In this document: piece by piece, positions 1 through 13,255 of the stretch | Layout: the number at the start of each line of letters is the position of its first letter | Numbering within the stretch: the stretch's first letter is position 1 | Source: Eledone cirrhosa | Lineage: Eukaryota | Length of the DNA: 64,000 bases | Direction: 5' to 3' | Assembly (NCBI GenBank): GCA_964016885.1 | Contig: OZ024758.1 | Span: 14,632,001-14,696,000, forward strand | Program-made: the position numbers and the translations under genes | The notes under the pieces: generated by a model | What the model was told of the DNA's origin: nothing | What the model saw: only the letters and a program-made list of their open reading frames with translations | The model's database searches: none

Positions 1-1035
1 GTTGTTTTGTTTTGTTTTGATTATTTCATTCAGGCGGAATGATGGGGTTTGAGGGAAATTTGCCTACTATTTCTAGCAGGTCGAGTATCCACATAGAGGT
101 TGTTTTGTTTTGTTTTGATTATTTCATTCAGGCGGAATGATGGGGTTTGAGGGAAATTTGCCTACTATTTTTAGCAGGTCGAGTATCCACATAGAGGTTG
201 TTTTGTTTTGATTATTTCATTCAGGCGGAATGAGGGGGTTTGAGGGAAATTTGCCTACTATTTCTAGCAGGTCGAGTATCCACATAGAGGTTGTTTTGTT
301 TTGTTTTGATTATTTCATTCAGGCGGAATGATGGGGTTTGAGGGAAATTTGCCTACTATTTCTAGCAGGTCGAGTATCCACATAGAGGTTGTTTTGTTTT
401 GTTTTGATTATTTCATTCAGGCGGAATGATGGGGTTTGAGGGAAATTTGCCTACTATTTCTAGTAGGTCGAGTATCCACATAGAGGTTGTTTTGTTTTGA
501 TTATTTCATTCCAGGCGGAATGATGGGGCTTGAGGGAAATTTGCCTACTATTTCTAGTAGGTCGAGTATCCACATAGAGGTTGTTTTGTTTTGATTATTT
601 CATTCCAGGCGGAATGGTGTGATTCGAGGGAATTTGGCTATTATTTCTAGCAGGTTTAAATGACTACATAGAGGTTCTCTTGTTTTGATTTGATTATTTA
701 TTCTAGGCAAATCTGAGTTCAAATCCCGCAGAGGTTAACTTTGCCTTTCATCCTTACGGGGTCGATAAAATAAAGTACCAGTAATGTACTGGGTAATTGA
801 TGGCCTTGTGCCTAAAGTAGAAACAATTGATGCCACAATTGATGAAACAATTTCATTCCAGGCAAAATGATGGGATTCGAGGGAATTTGACTATTATTTC
901 TAGCAGGTTTAAGTGACTACGGAGAGGTTGTTTTGTTTTGATTTTATTATTTTAATTCCATGCAGAATGGTGGGATTTGAGGGGGATTAGACTATTATAT
1001 CTAGCAGGTCTAAGTGTCTACATAGAGGTTCTCTT
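1..1035. repeat. 93-98-bp tandem repeat: six near-identical units (1-~600), then degenerate copies
   Basis: Units start at 1, 99, 197, 290, 388, 486, 580; length differences are mostly the number of GTTTT pentamers. A SINE fragment interrupts at ~712-826. Confidence 0.9.
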
Positions 1036-1661
1036 CATCAGGCGTTGATCTATTATTTACTTTATTCCGTAACCATTGTATGGTTAGATTTTATAATTTC
1101 ATTATGATTATATTGATTGTTATTATCGGGTGGTTCAGGATTGGTAGAGTACTTGAGCCACCCCGGGTGGTTCGCCCTACTCCTCCCTATTGAGGGAATT
1201 AATTTTTTTTATAGTTTTATATATTTTATATTTTTATATATTTCAGTGTTCATTGTTATTGTTATTGTTGTGTAATTTTTACTCGATTTTATAGTACCCC
1301 CCCTCCTCCCCACAGTCCCTGTTTTTATATTGTCCCCATATGTCGGCCCTTGTGGCCAATAAATAAAACCAAACCATTATTATAGCCAATATACTCATTA
1401 ACTTAGGAAATTGGCCTTGTGCCTAGTAAATAAACCACCACCATCATCATCATCATCATCATCGTCATCTCAGCATATCCATATCCCAGTGTGATTCTTT
1501 TCTTTTTTTCCCCCCCCTCTTGTTTATTTTGTTTGTTGTTGTTTGTTATATTTCTGCTATCTAGAGAGGGGCAGTAGTGTCATAGCATTAACATTCTTGT
1601 GTCTTCTCTTGAATTCCTGCCACTCATTTATATAGCGAGGGCGATATGTGGAATTACTCAC

Positions 1662-1682
1662 AGGGAAACAATTTTACTCCAG
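1662..1682 (-). CDS. Candidate 21-nt microexon of the same minus-strand gene
   Basis: Minus strand ttcattcatttag|CTGGAGTAAAATTGTTTCCCT|gtgagt; phase 1-1, continues exon 2946-3213 as AGVKLFP. Confidence 0.4.
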
Positions 1683-2945
1683 CTAAATGAATGAATAAAT
1701 AAATGAAAATAGTCACTGACATCTGTTTCCCCATGTTATAGAGGAAATGGAACCTACAGAATGGTATTACCTCTCAGATTAACAAGTTTGTCTGTCCCCA
1801 CCACGTTCTCTCTTTCCTTTCCTTCCCATTTTCATCATCTAAAAATTAAATGCTGTCTACTTTTCTTCCTTTTTTTCCTCCCCTCCCCCTTACGATTTGA
1901 TCAACAACGATAACCATAGTGGTTTCTACTTTAAGCTCAAGGCCAGCTATTTGGGAATGGAACCTACAGGATGGTATTATCTCTCAGATTAACAAGTTTG
2001 CCTGTCCCTTCCACATTCTCTCTTGCTTTTCGTTTGCATCTAAAAATTAACCCTTTAGTATTTACATTACTGTATATATACTATTGTATTTTCCTGGTAA
2101 AGGCTTTACCTCACATAACATTGAATCTATGAGATTTTGATGTTATTTATTTTGAGAAAAATACCTTAACGTTAGTATGAGTGGCCAATTGCAACCGGTT
2201 TGAATAGAAAGAGTGTGAGAGTTCTGGTCGGATATAGCCAATTTAATTGCTGTCTATTTTTCTTCCTGTTCCCCCCCCCCCCCCCCCTATGATTTGATCA
2301 CCAACGATAAATATAGTGGTTTCTAGTTTAAGCTCAAGACCAGCAATTTGGGAATGGAACTTATAGAATGGCGGTGGATTGGCAGTATCAGTAGAGAGTC
2401 GGACACCATGCTTTGAAGCATAGAGTTACGTCCCTTTATGATCTGAGTTCAAATCCCGCCGAGGTTAACTTTGCCTTTCATCCTTACGGGGTCGATAAAA
2501 TAGAGTACCAGTAATGCACTGGGTAATTGCTGGCCTTGTGCCAAAAAGTAGAAACAATTATCTCTCAAATTATAGGGTAGTTTATTGGCAGTATCGGTAG
2601 AGCGTCAAGTACCATGCTTTGTAGCATATAGTTATGGCCCTTTGCGTTCTGCATTCAAATCCCGCTGAGGTTAACTTTGCCTTTCATCCTTACAGGGTCG
2701 ATAAAATAAAGTACCAGTAATGCACTGGGATTCGATATTATGTGAGATAATTATATGATGAAAATACAATAGTAAATATAGAGTAATGTAAATGCTAAGG
2801 GTTAACCCCTTTTTTAAAATTGAGACAGCCTATAATCACCACTGGGCCTACATTTTTCGAACTTTTCTATGGACTAACTTTTGTTGATCCATACCATCAC
2901 TAGTTACCTCAGATTCTGGAATATACTAAATATTGTTAAGCTAAC

Positions 2946-3213
2946 CTTTTGACAATGGTGGTGGTGGTGGTGGTGGTGGTGGTGGTGGTGATGATGATGG
3001 TGGTGGTGATGATGATGATGATGATGGTAGTAGTGGTGGTAATGATGATAGTGATAAAGGGAAATGGTGGTGGTGGTGGTGACGATGATGATGGTGATGA
3101 TGGATCCGCTGTTCTAGCTCAGTTGTCTCCGTATTGTTTGCTAAATCATGTCTGTAACTATTAGTAAGTGATTGGAGAAAGTATTGATTGATGTGATGTG
3201 TCATCAACATACA
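2946..3213 (-). CDS. Candidate exon of an unidentified minus-strand gene, His/Ser/Pro-rich
   Basis: Minus-strand acceptor (t)15atctcag|TGT and donor AAAG|gttagc; 268 nt, one open frame: CMLMTHHINQYFLQSLTNSYRHDLANNTETTELEQRI-polyH-...-polyS/polyP-LSK. The 3' half is trinucleotide repeat. Confidence 0.45.
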
Positions 3214-3541
3214 CTGAGATAAAAAAAAAAAAAAATCTAACTGAAAACAAACATCATATAACCAACACATAAAATATATATATACACCGATATAATTCAT
3301 ACAAACACACATTAACAGTGTGGGGTGTAACATAAACATTATTATTACTATTGGCAATGGAATGACAAATATTAACTCTTTGCAGATAGTAAACTGCCTC
3401 TGGTTCTCTCATACAAACTGTTTGTTTTTAAATGTTGATTTTATATTTACAAAAAAAAGAAAACCATCCTTGTAATTTTACGTAAGGATCTTTGTTAACC
3501 CTTTAGCATTTACATTATTCCATCCTCCCACTTTTCTCCTA

Positions 3542-6443
3542 TGTAAAGTGGTCGTGTAGGTTACATGACAAAAGGCACCCAGTCCACACTGTAAAGTGGT
3601 TGTGTAGGTTACATGACAAAAATCACCCAGTCCACACTGTAAAGTGGTTGTGTAGGTTACAAGACAAAAATCACCCAGTCCACACTGTAAGTGGTTGTGT
3701 AGGTTACATGACAAAAATCACCCAGTCCACACTGTAAAGTGGTTGTGTAGGTTACAAGACAAAAATCACCCAGTCCACACCGTAAAGTGGTTGGGTAGGT
3801 TACATGCAAAAGGCACCCAGTCCACACTGTAAAGAGGTTGTGTAGGTTACATGACAAAAATCACCCAGTCCACACTGTAAAGTGGTTGTGTAGGTTACAT
3901 GACAAAAATCACCCAGTCCACACTGTAAAGAGGTTGTGTAGGTTACATGACAAAAATCACCCAGTCCACACTGTAAAGTGGTTGTGTAGGTTACATGACA
4001 AAAGGCACCCAGTCCACACCGTAAAGTGGTTGTGTAGGTTACACGACAAAAGGCACCCAGTCCACACTGTAAAGTGGTTGTGTAGGTGACATGACAAAAG
4101 GCACCCAGTCCACACTGTAAAGTGGTTGTGTAGGTGACATGACAAAAGGCACCCAGTCCACACTGTAAAGTGGTTGTGTAGGTTACATGACAAAAGACAC
4201 CCAGTCCACACTGTAAAGTGGTTGTGTAGGTTACATGACAAAAGACAACCAGTCCACACTGTAAAGTGGTTGTGTAGGTGACATGACAAAAGGCACCCAG
4301 TCCACACTGTAAAGTGGTTGTGTAGGTGACATGACAAAAGGAACCCAGTCCACACTGTAAAGTGGTTGTGTAGGTTACATGACAAAAATCACCCAGTCCA
4401 CACTGTAAAGTGGTTGTGTAGGTTACATGACAAAAATCACCCAGTCCACACTGTAAAGTGGTTGTGTAGGTTACATGACAAAAATCACCCAGTCCACACT
4501 GTAAAGTGGTTGTGTAGGTTACATGACAAAAATCACCCAGTCCACACTGTAAAGTGGTTGTGTAGGTTACATGACAAAAATCACCCAGTCCACACTGTAA
4601 AGTGGTTGTGTAGGTTACATGACAAAAGGCACCCAGTCCACACTGTAAAGTGGTTGTGTAGGTTACATGACAAAAGGCACCCAGTCCACACTGTAAAGTG
4701 GTTGTGTAGGTTACATGACAAAAGGCACCCAGTCCACACTGTAAAGTGCTTGGTAGGTTACATGACAAAAGGCACCCAGTCCACACTGTAAAGTGGTTGT
4801 GTAGGTTACATGACAAAAGGCACCCAGTCCACACTGTAAAGTGGTTGTGTAGGTTACATGACAAAAATCACCCAGTCCACACTGTAAAGTGGTTGTGTAG
4901 GTTACATGACAAAAGACACCCAGTCCACACTGTAAAGTGGTTGTGTAGGTTACATGACAAAAATCACCCAGTCCACACTGTAAAGTGGTTGTGTAGGTTA
5001 CATGACAAAAATCACCCAGTCCACACTGTAAAGTGGTTGTGTAGGTTACATGACAAAAATCACCCAGTCCACACTGTAAAGTGGTTGTGTAGGTTACATG
5101 ACAAAAATCACCCAGTCCACACTGTAAAGTGGTTGTGTAGGTGTCATGACAAAAATCACCCAGTCCACACTGTAAAGTGGTTGTGTAGGTTACATGACAA
5201 AAATCACCCAGTCCACACTGTAAAGTGGTTGTGTAGGTTACAAGCCAAAAATCACCCAGTCCACACCATAAAGTGGTTGGGTAGGTTACATGACAAAAGG
5301 CACCCAGTCCACACTGTAAAGTGCTTGGTAGGTTACATGACAAAAGGCACCCAGTCCACACTGTAAAGTGGTTGTGTAGGTTACATGACAAAAGGCACCC
5401 AGTCCACACTGTAAAGTGGTTGTGTAGGTGACATGACAAAAGACACCCAGTCCACACTGTAAAGTGATTGTGTAGGTGACATGACAAAAGGCACCCAGTC
5501 CACACTGTAAAGTGGTTGTGTAGGTTACATGACAAAAATCACCCAGTCCACACTGTAAAGTGGTTGTGTAGGTTACATGACAAAAATCACCCAGTCCACA
5601 CTGTAAAGAGGTTGTGTAGGTTACACGACAAAAGGCACCCAGTCCACACTGTAAAGTGGTTGTGTAGGTTACATGACAAAAGACACCCAGTCCACACTGT
5701 AAAGTGGTTGTGTAGGTTACATGACAAAAGACACCCAGTCCACACTGTAAAGTGGTTGTGTAGGTGACATGACAAAAGGAACCCAGTCCACACCGTAAAG
5801 TGGTTGTGTAGGTTACATGACAAAAATCACCCAGTCCACACTGTAAAGTGGTTGTGTAGGTTACATAACAAAAAGCACTCAGTCCACACTGTAAAGTGGT
5901 TGTGTAGGTTACACGACAAAAATCACCCAGTCCACATTGTAAAGTGGTTGTTAGGTTACATGACAAAAGGCACCCAGTCCACACTGTAAAGTGGTTGTGT
6001 AGGTTACATGACAAAAGGCACCCAGTCCACACTGTAAAGTGGTTGTGTAGGTTACATGAGAAAAGGAACCCAGTCCACACTGTAAAGTGGTTGTGTAGGT
6101 TACATGACAAAAGGCACCCAGTCCACACTGTAAAGTGGTTGTTAGGTTACATGACAAAAAGCACTCAGTCCACATTGTAAAGTGGTTGTGTAGGTGACAT
6201 GACAAAAGGCACCCAGTCCACACCGTAAAGTGGTTGTGTAGGTTACATGACAAAAGGCACCTAGTCCACACTGTAAAGTGGTTGTGTAGGTTACATGACA
6301 AAAGGAACCCAGTCCACATTGTAAAGTGGTTGTGTAGGTGACATGACAAAAAGCACTCAGTCCACACTGTAAAGTGGTTGTGTAGGTGACATGACAAAAA
6401 GCACTCAGTCCACATTATAAAGTGGTCATGTAGGTGACACGAC
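3542..6443. repeat. 48-bp minisatellite, ~60 copies
   Basis: Unit gtaaagtggttgtgtaggttacatgacaaaaatcacccagtccacact, variants aatcac/aggcac/agacac; explains the 16-aa periodic ORFs. Confidence 0.97.
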
Positions 6444-7365
6444 ACGCAAGTTTGAATAGGTAAGAGAATTCTGGCCAGATATGGCCGGTTTAAATACTAA
6501 AGGGTTAAGTTATATTCCAAATATCAGGTTAATAGTGAGATGGTGAGCTATATTACTAAATCCCTCCAAATTCTTGATTATTTTAAAAATCATGTAAAAA
6601 TCATAAGCAGTGTCATTCATTAGGAATCGAATCTGATTCAATCTTGGGCCTTCTCACTCCTGTTGAATAAACCACTCCCTGTTTGAGCTCCACTCCTTTC
6701 TATTTGGTTTTGGTTGTGTCAAGAGTATAGCTGTGCTCACCACACTTGGGCAGTTGCGGGTTGGAATATAGTAACAGAAATGTTAGAATACCAGCTCAAA
6801 TCTTTTTCAGTTTTTAGTCATCCCTTTTTAATCCAAGTCCAAGTCCTGTTGATACTGCTTTTTGTTTTTTGAGATTATATTCAAATGACCTTTTTTAAAA
6901 TTTGTTTTTGCTCAGTTTGAGGAGAAAGAGTGGCACCCATGACCCTTTTTGGGGGCTCCATGGCTAGTGTGAAGAAGGTGAGGGTATTAACCCTTTCATT
7001 ACCATATTTCTAATGAAAGACACTGCTTATGATTTCCAAATAATTTTCAAAATACTCAAGAATTTAGACGAGTTTAGTAATATAACGAACTTTCTTATTT
7101 TTTCAGCTGGTGTTTGAAGCATAACTTAACAAAGGTTCTTACATAAAATTATCATGGAAAGTTTTAAAATAAATATAGACACTTTAAAACAAACAGTTTT
7201 GTATCACAGAAACAAGAGTAGTTCTGGATAGTTTGGTGTCATAATAACTAAATTGGGTGATGGATTAAAATGGGTGAAGATGGGTGACCTTGTTCCAGTT
7301 TGAAAAATAATTATTTACTGACACAAACTGTACAATGATGAATTAAGTAATTTGCAATATTTAGT

Positions 7366-7716
7366 TACTCCAAAGACCCTTTGGAGTAATGTTACATGAT
7401 AAAGTGCGTAACTCGGAGATCAGAGAGTCACTCCAGGTAGAGCCTGGTGATCACAGCTCTGATACTATGGGCATGTGGTTAGAATGTCTCAGGAAAGAAT
7501 CGCTGGACAGATTCTACGGGCAAAACCAACTGGCAGGAGACCCAGGGGTAGACCTCGAGCAAGATGGTTGGCTAACATCCATGAGTTTCACTAGTCACGC
7601 TTGAGGATCCAGCTGGATCAGTTGGAGATGGTTGCTTCTGACATCACCCTAAGGAAGGGGTGTTTGAGGGCTCTGCCCCCACAACCCTCTCAGGAATAAA
7701 TGGGCAAAGAAGAAGT
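7366..7716 (+). mobile_element. Degraded RTE-clade LINE 3' fragment (second family)
   Basis: HDKVRNSEIRESLQVEP, then after a frameshift YYGHVVRMSQERIAGQILRAKPTGRRPRGRPRARW; (GAA)n tail. Related pieces at 14455-14615 (-), 30490-30740 (-; LKQVEKFKYL...ARIAKAGAVM), 41760-42110 (-), 42110-42465 (+). Confidence 0.8.
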
Positions 7717-9652
7717 AGGTTGTTATCAAAAGAATTAACTCTTTGGTTATTATATTTCTAATGAAAGACTGTTTATAATCTAAAAAAATAATTTAAAATT
7801 TCAAGGGGTTCAGTAATATAACTAGCTTTCTCATTATTAAGTTTAGGTCAATCGATTGGCAGAGTCGGCAGAGCGTTGGATAAATGCATGTTTCACAGTA
7901 TTTGTGTTCTGCATTCAAATCCCGCCGAGGTTAGCTTTGTCTTTTATCCTTTCAGGGGTCGATAAAATAAAATACCAGTAATGCATGCACTGGGGTCAAT
8001 TTAATCGGCTTTCCTCACCCCCAAAAATGGTTGGCCTTGTGCCTACCTAAATCAGAAACCATTATCAAGCTGGTGTTTGAATGTTCTTATATAAAATTAT
8101 GATGGAATATTTTTAGATAAATATCTACACTTCAAAGTAAACAGTTGTCTTGTAGAACCATGTGTAGGTTGGTTGGGTATTAAATATGTTTCAAATAATG
8201 TTTCAAAAGTGTTAAACAACTTCATAGTTGTTTAATTGACGACAATGATGATGATGATAGCGATGATTAGTAGTAGTAGTAGTGCTAGAAGTGGTGAGGG
8301 TAGAAATAATTATAGTAATGGTCTTGTGGTGATGATGATGATGGTTAGTAGTAGTAGTAGTAGGTAGTATTGGTAGTGTTAGAAGTGGTGAGAGGAGTAA
8401 TGGTCCTGTGGTGGTGATGGTAGCAAGAAATACATGTGAAATAACAGTTTAATGTTTAATATTTCTTTAACTTTTAACATCCTGTAATAATTTAGAAAAT
8501 CTCTAAAAACATTTATTTATAATATTTTTACAAATGTACGGACTGTTGTGGAAATTTGCAGTATTAAAGTAAATAATTTAATTTTTAATGTCATATAATC
8601 ATAGTATTAATAAGATGTAGTTTGCTTGAAGCATTGTATATTATAATATGGAAAGTGATATAAGGCCAAACAATGCAAAGATGAAGGTAACGAAAAAGTT
8701 AGTTACCTGGTTAGCTTTGTTGTTTTTTGTTGTTGTTTCTTTTGTCCTAATATTTCGGGCCTTAAAGTCCCTTTGTCAGAGAATAAGGAATTCTCAGAGA
8801 GAAAAAAAAAAAAAAAATGTTCCGGTCTCTTCTCTTTGAAATTAGATTTGAATTTAAAATTGATAAACCGCTTTCAAGTGTTGTTTGATGTTTACTTTAG
8901 TATTCACGACAAGCTGGAGGATGATGTCAGTTATCATATATAATTGTTTCTACTTTTGGCACAAGGCCAGCAATTATCCCAGGGTATTACTGGTACTATT
9001 TTTTATCCCCCCCCCCCCCCCCCGTAAGGATGAAAGACAAAGTTAACTTCGGCGGGATTTGAACTCAGTTCGTAAAGGGATGTAACTGTGCTGCAAAGCA
9101 TGGGGTCCGACCCTCTACCGATAATATTTCCTGGAATCAAATTTCTTGTGTAAATTGTTGTTTAGGTTGTGTGGGTGTGGGTGTGTCCGTTTATGTCAAG
9201 TATTCTGTACTGTCAAGTATTGTGTTGTTGATTTGAGGGTTGAGTCTATGTATAATCATGGTACTGTTTTCTATTTTTCAAGAATGTCTTGCTAATGCGG
9301 TTTCATGTGGTTCAGGACGTTGTATTACCGTTTCAGTTTCTTTTATAAGATAAAAAAAGGTTTTGTTTATGGGTTTTTTTTTATAAGTAAATTATTTAAT
9401 TCTGGCATCTTTTAGTTCTACAAGATAAAGACAACTTGATAAGACTTATTAACTGCTCACCAGACAGCTTCACTATCTGTTTAATTTTCTATTACACATT
9501 AACCCTTTTGTATGAACCTGCTTCTCGTATCTTTGATACAAAACCACCTTACTTCAGTATTTTACAGACCTTTTAATTTGTTCTGCACACCAGTTGAGAA
9601 GTAAATCTTTATGCCGGTTTCGCTGCATCTCATAAGATGCTTTTGGGGTGAC

Positions 9653-9866
9653 TTAACCCTTTAGCATTCAAACCAGCCATATCCGACCAGAATTCTCTGA
9701 CATCTTCCTGTTCAAACCGGCTGTAACTGGCCACTCATACCAACGTTTATGTATTATTCACAAAATAAATATCAAAATCTCATAGATTCGATATTATATG
9801 AGATAAAGCCTTTTTCTGTGAAAATACAATAGTCAATATAAAGTAATGTAAATGCTAAAGGGTTAA
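9653..9866. mobile_element. MITE family A (~200-230 bp), piggyBac-type ends; representative copy
   Basis: TTAA|CCCTTTAGCATT ... AATGCTAAAGGG|TTAA. Other copies at about 2047-2245, 16680-16904, 18691-18905, 23220-23432, 26532-26750, 28137-28352, 32196-32406, 34578-34801, 38923-39135, 44055-44261, 44401-44601, 44664-44868, 45243-45443, 45490-45634, 50288-50498, 51456-51662. TTAA duplication plus CCC termini is the piggyBac hallmark. Confidence 0.9.
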
Positions 9867-11138
9867 GACAGGGGCCCCAATCTTATGAAAAACAATGTGA
9901 AATAAAGTAATTTCCTCAAGAATACAACAGGATGCCTGGTCAAGGAATCAAAGCCATGATCTTATGACTGTGAGTCTAGCATTCTAACCACTTGGCAACA
10001 TGCCTTCAATTTACTAGAAATAACAGCCAATCTCCCTCAAATTAATCCCTATTGTCTTGAAAAATAAGTAGAGCATGTTTATGGTCAAATCATGTCTCCT
10101 GTCACCTGAAAAACAGTGATACTTCTATCAGTTGTTGCAATCAACAGATTCACTTCCCTGACATTTGTACATTATTCTATGTACTATACATGCACCTTTG
10201 ATGAGTTGTAGTGCACCTGAGCACTGTACACAATAATTTCAAATCCCGCCGAGGTTAACTTTGCCCTTCATCCTTACGGGGTCGATAAAATAAAGTACCA
10301 GTAATGTACTGGGTAATTGCTGGTCTTGTACCAAAAGTAGAAACAATTATATTATAAAGAGCATTACACTTTAAATCATAATAGAGTAATAAGATGAACT
10401 AACACATTTATTTGTGGGTAAATATATCTGTCTGTGTCTATACATACATATATATATATATAATTGTTTCTACTTTTGGCACAAGGCCAGCAATTATCCC
10501 AGTGCATTACTGGTACTTTATTTTATCGACCCTGTAAGGCAAAGTTAACCTCAGCGGTATTTGAACTCAGATCATATATATATAATAGAGACAATTGGGA
10601 CAAGCAAACCCAATTGTCTATAGTTAGTATTCTTTTCACCTTAGCGAATCTGGTCCCTTACGATTTGAACACATATAAGTATATATCTGTGTTCGTTTTT
10701 CTTTTATATTCTGGAGGCACATGGCTTAGTGGTTAGAGCATTAGCCTTGCAATCGAAAGGTTGTGAGTTCAATTCTCAGACTGGGTGATGTGTTGTTTCC
10801 TTGAGCAAGACACTTTATTTCACATTGCTCCAGTTTACTCAGCTGTAGAAATGAGATGATAAGGACTGGGGTCCATATCATTCCACTGCAAAGAGGTCGT
10901 GGAGGTGCCACAGCAAAAAAGCACCCAGCACTCACTGTAAATGAGGTTGGTGTTAGGAAGGGCATCCAGCTGTAGAAATCAAGCCAGAATCAGTTCCCGT
11001 CCCACATTTGCAAGCAGGGAAAAGCGGACGTAAAAATGCTGATGATGATGATTCTATTATAATATACGGCTCGGAAATATCTCTTTCTTAGAGCTATTTT
11101 ATTGTAAGAGACTATTTTGAGTTCCTACCTCACTCAAT

Positions 11139-11149
11139 ATATACTTTTG

Positions 11150-11180
<31 letters not shown>

Positions 11181-11205
11181 ATATATATATATATATATAC
11201 CTTTG

Positions 11206-11236
<31 letters not shown>

Positions 11237-11358
11237 TGCACATACATATGCATATATATATATAATCTAAATGATATGTGTTGTGTGTGTGTGAATATAT
11301 ATGTGTGTGTATATATGCATATATGTATGGTATATATATACATATATGTATGTGTATA

Positions 11359-11437
<79 letters not shown>

Positions 11438-11457
11438 GAATTAAATAATGTTTTATG

Positions 11458-11491
<34 letters not shown>

Positions 11492-11502
11492 CATAATACA
11501 TA

Positions 11503-11540
<38 letters not shown>

Positions 11541-11551
11541 CATAATACATA

Positions 11552-11591
<40 letters not shown>

Positions 11592-11610
11592 CATATATAT
11601 ACATATATAC

Positions 11611-11643
<33 letters not shown>

Positions 11644-11672
11644 CATATATATACATATATACATATATATAC

Positions 11673-11703
<31 letters not shown>

Positions 11704-12056
11704 CATATATATATATATACATATATATACATACATATATATATATACATATACATATATATATATACATATACATATATATACATATACATATATATAT
11801 ACATATATATACATATACATATATATATACATATATATATATACATATACATATATATACATATACATATATATATACATATACATATATATATACATAT
11901 ACATATATATACATATACATATATATATACATATACATATATATATACATATACATATACATATATATATATACATATATATATATACATATATACATAC
12001 ACATATACATATATACATATACATATACATATATACATATACATATACATATATAC

Positions 12057-12092
<36 letters not shown>
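11139..12092. repeat. ~950-bp compound (TA)n/(TATAC)n microsatellite
   Basis: Direct inspection; source of the YI-repeat ORFs. Others: (GT)n 19636-19748, (CT)n 21512-21595, (CA/TA) 22817-23048, GATA-type 61336-61363 and 61630-61760. Confidence 0.97.
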
Positions 12093-12093
<1 letters not shown>

Positions 12094-12690
12094 GTATATA
12101 TTCATATGCACAACACATGTCATATGCTGTAATCATCAGTTATTACCATCAGTTACATATCGTAATGAGCAAAGTGGTCTGAAAAATAATGTGAAGATGG
12201 AAGAATTATTAAGAGAAAACATGTGAGGTTGTTTGAGATGTGCTTCTGGTGCAATATAATTTGCATGAAATGTGTATCATTTGAATTTCTGCTGACAAAT
12301 TCAGCAAGTCAGGAAACAGATATGCTGCAATTGCAGTGGCAGTGAGAATATATACCCTCCAGCAATATTACAAATGTAAAAAGAGGAGGAAAAATATAAA
12401 TATAAATATAAATATAAAGACAGTTAAAAATACAATGAAATACTATTAGAAAAAATGCTTCACATTTGGGGGAGGGGGGTGAAAAAAATTTCAGTATCGA
12501 CCATAATAATATGCCATGTATGTTTGTGTGTGTTATACACGTATATAATAATACAACAAGGACGAATGGTTACTCCTTCATTATGTTTATTGGTTGGTGA
12601 CGTGCGTTTCGCTATTGATCAGCTCAAGGTTCGATCTGTATCAGTCTAGCCTGACTCTGTAATCAATGACTCATCAGACCTCTTTGGTAG

Positions 12691-12730
<40 letters not shown>

Positions 12731-13215
12731 ATAAGCAGCGATTCTTTGCTTAAACTTTAATCTATTATTTTAATAAATATATATATATAGGGTGATGTGT
12801 TGTTTCCTTGAGCAAGACACTTTATTTCACATTGCTCCAGTTTACTCAGCTGTAGAAATGAGATGACAGGGACTGGTGTCCATATCATTCCACTGCAAAG
12901 TGGTCGTGGAGGTGCCACGGCAAAAAAGCACCCAGCACTCACTGTAAATGAGGTTGGTGTTAGGAAGGGCATCCAGCTGTAGAAATCAAGTCAGAATCAG
13001 TTCCCGTCCCACCCTTGCAAGCAGGGAAAAGCGGACGTAAAATGATGATGATGATATATATGAAAAGATTCAGGACACCGATGGTAGAGCTCCGGCCGTT
13101 TCGTCAGCTAGATCCGAACTGGGGGTCCTGAATCTTTTCATATTACCCACTCTACTACCCCAAGTATTGTGTACTCTGCTGGGTTATGGTCCACCTGGTA
13201 TTTTATCACACCCTT

Positions 13216-13255
<40 letters not shown>

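Noticed and set aside
3478-6445. Long Cys/His-rich ORFs resembling zinc-finger or metallothionein repeats
   Set aside because: They are translations of a 48-bp satellite, open on both strands and broken by 1-bp indels, with no splice signals.
9283-9353. ECLANAVSCGSGRCITV, resembling the start of an LDL-receptor class A repeat
   Set aside because: It lacks the conserved Phe and the acidic second half, stops after a few codons and has no good donor; likely chance.
10713-10790. tRNA-like sequences with A and B boxes
   Set aside because: They are SINE heads continuing into SINE bodies, without a complete cloverleaf.
10741-10965. Recurrent ORF MPFLTPTSFTVS... (five copies) as a small gene family
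   Set aside because: It is the antisense reading of SINE family 2.
11130-12182. YI/VC/TH/ER-repeat ORFs here and at 19536-19799, 21456-21734, 22792-23134
   Set aside because: Dinucleotide microsatellite translations.
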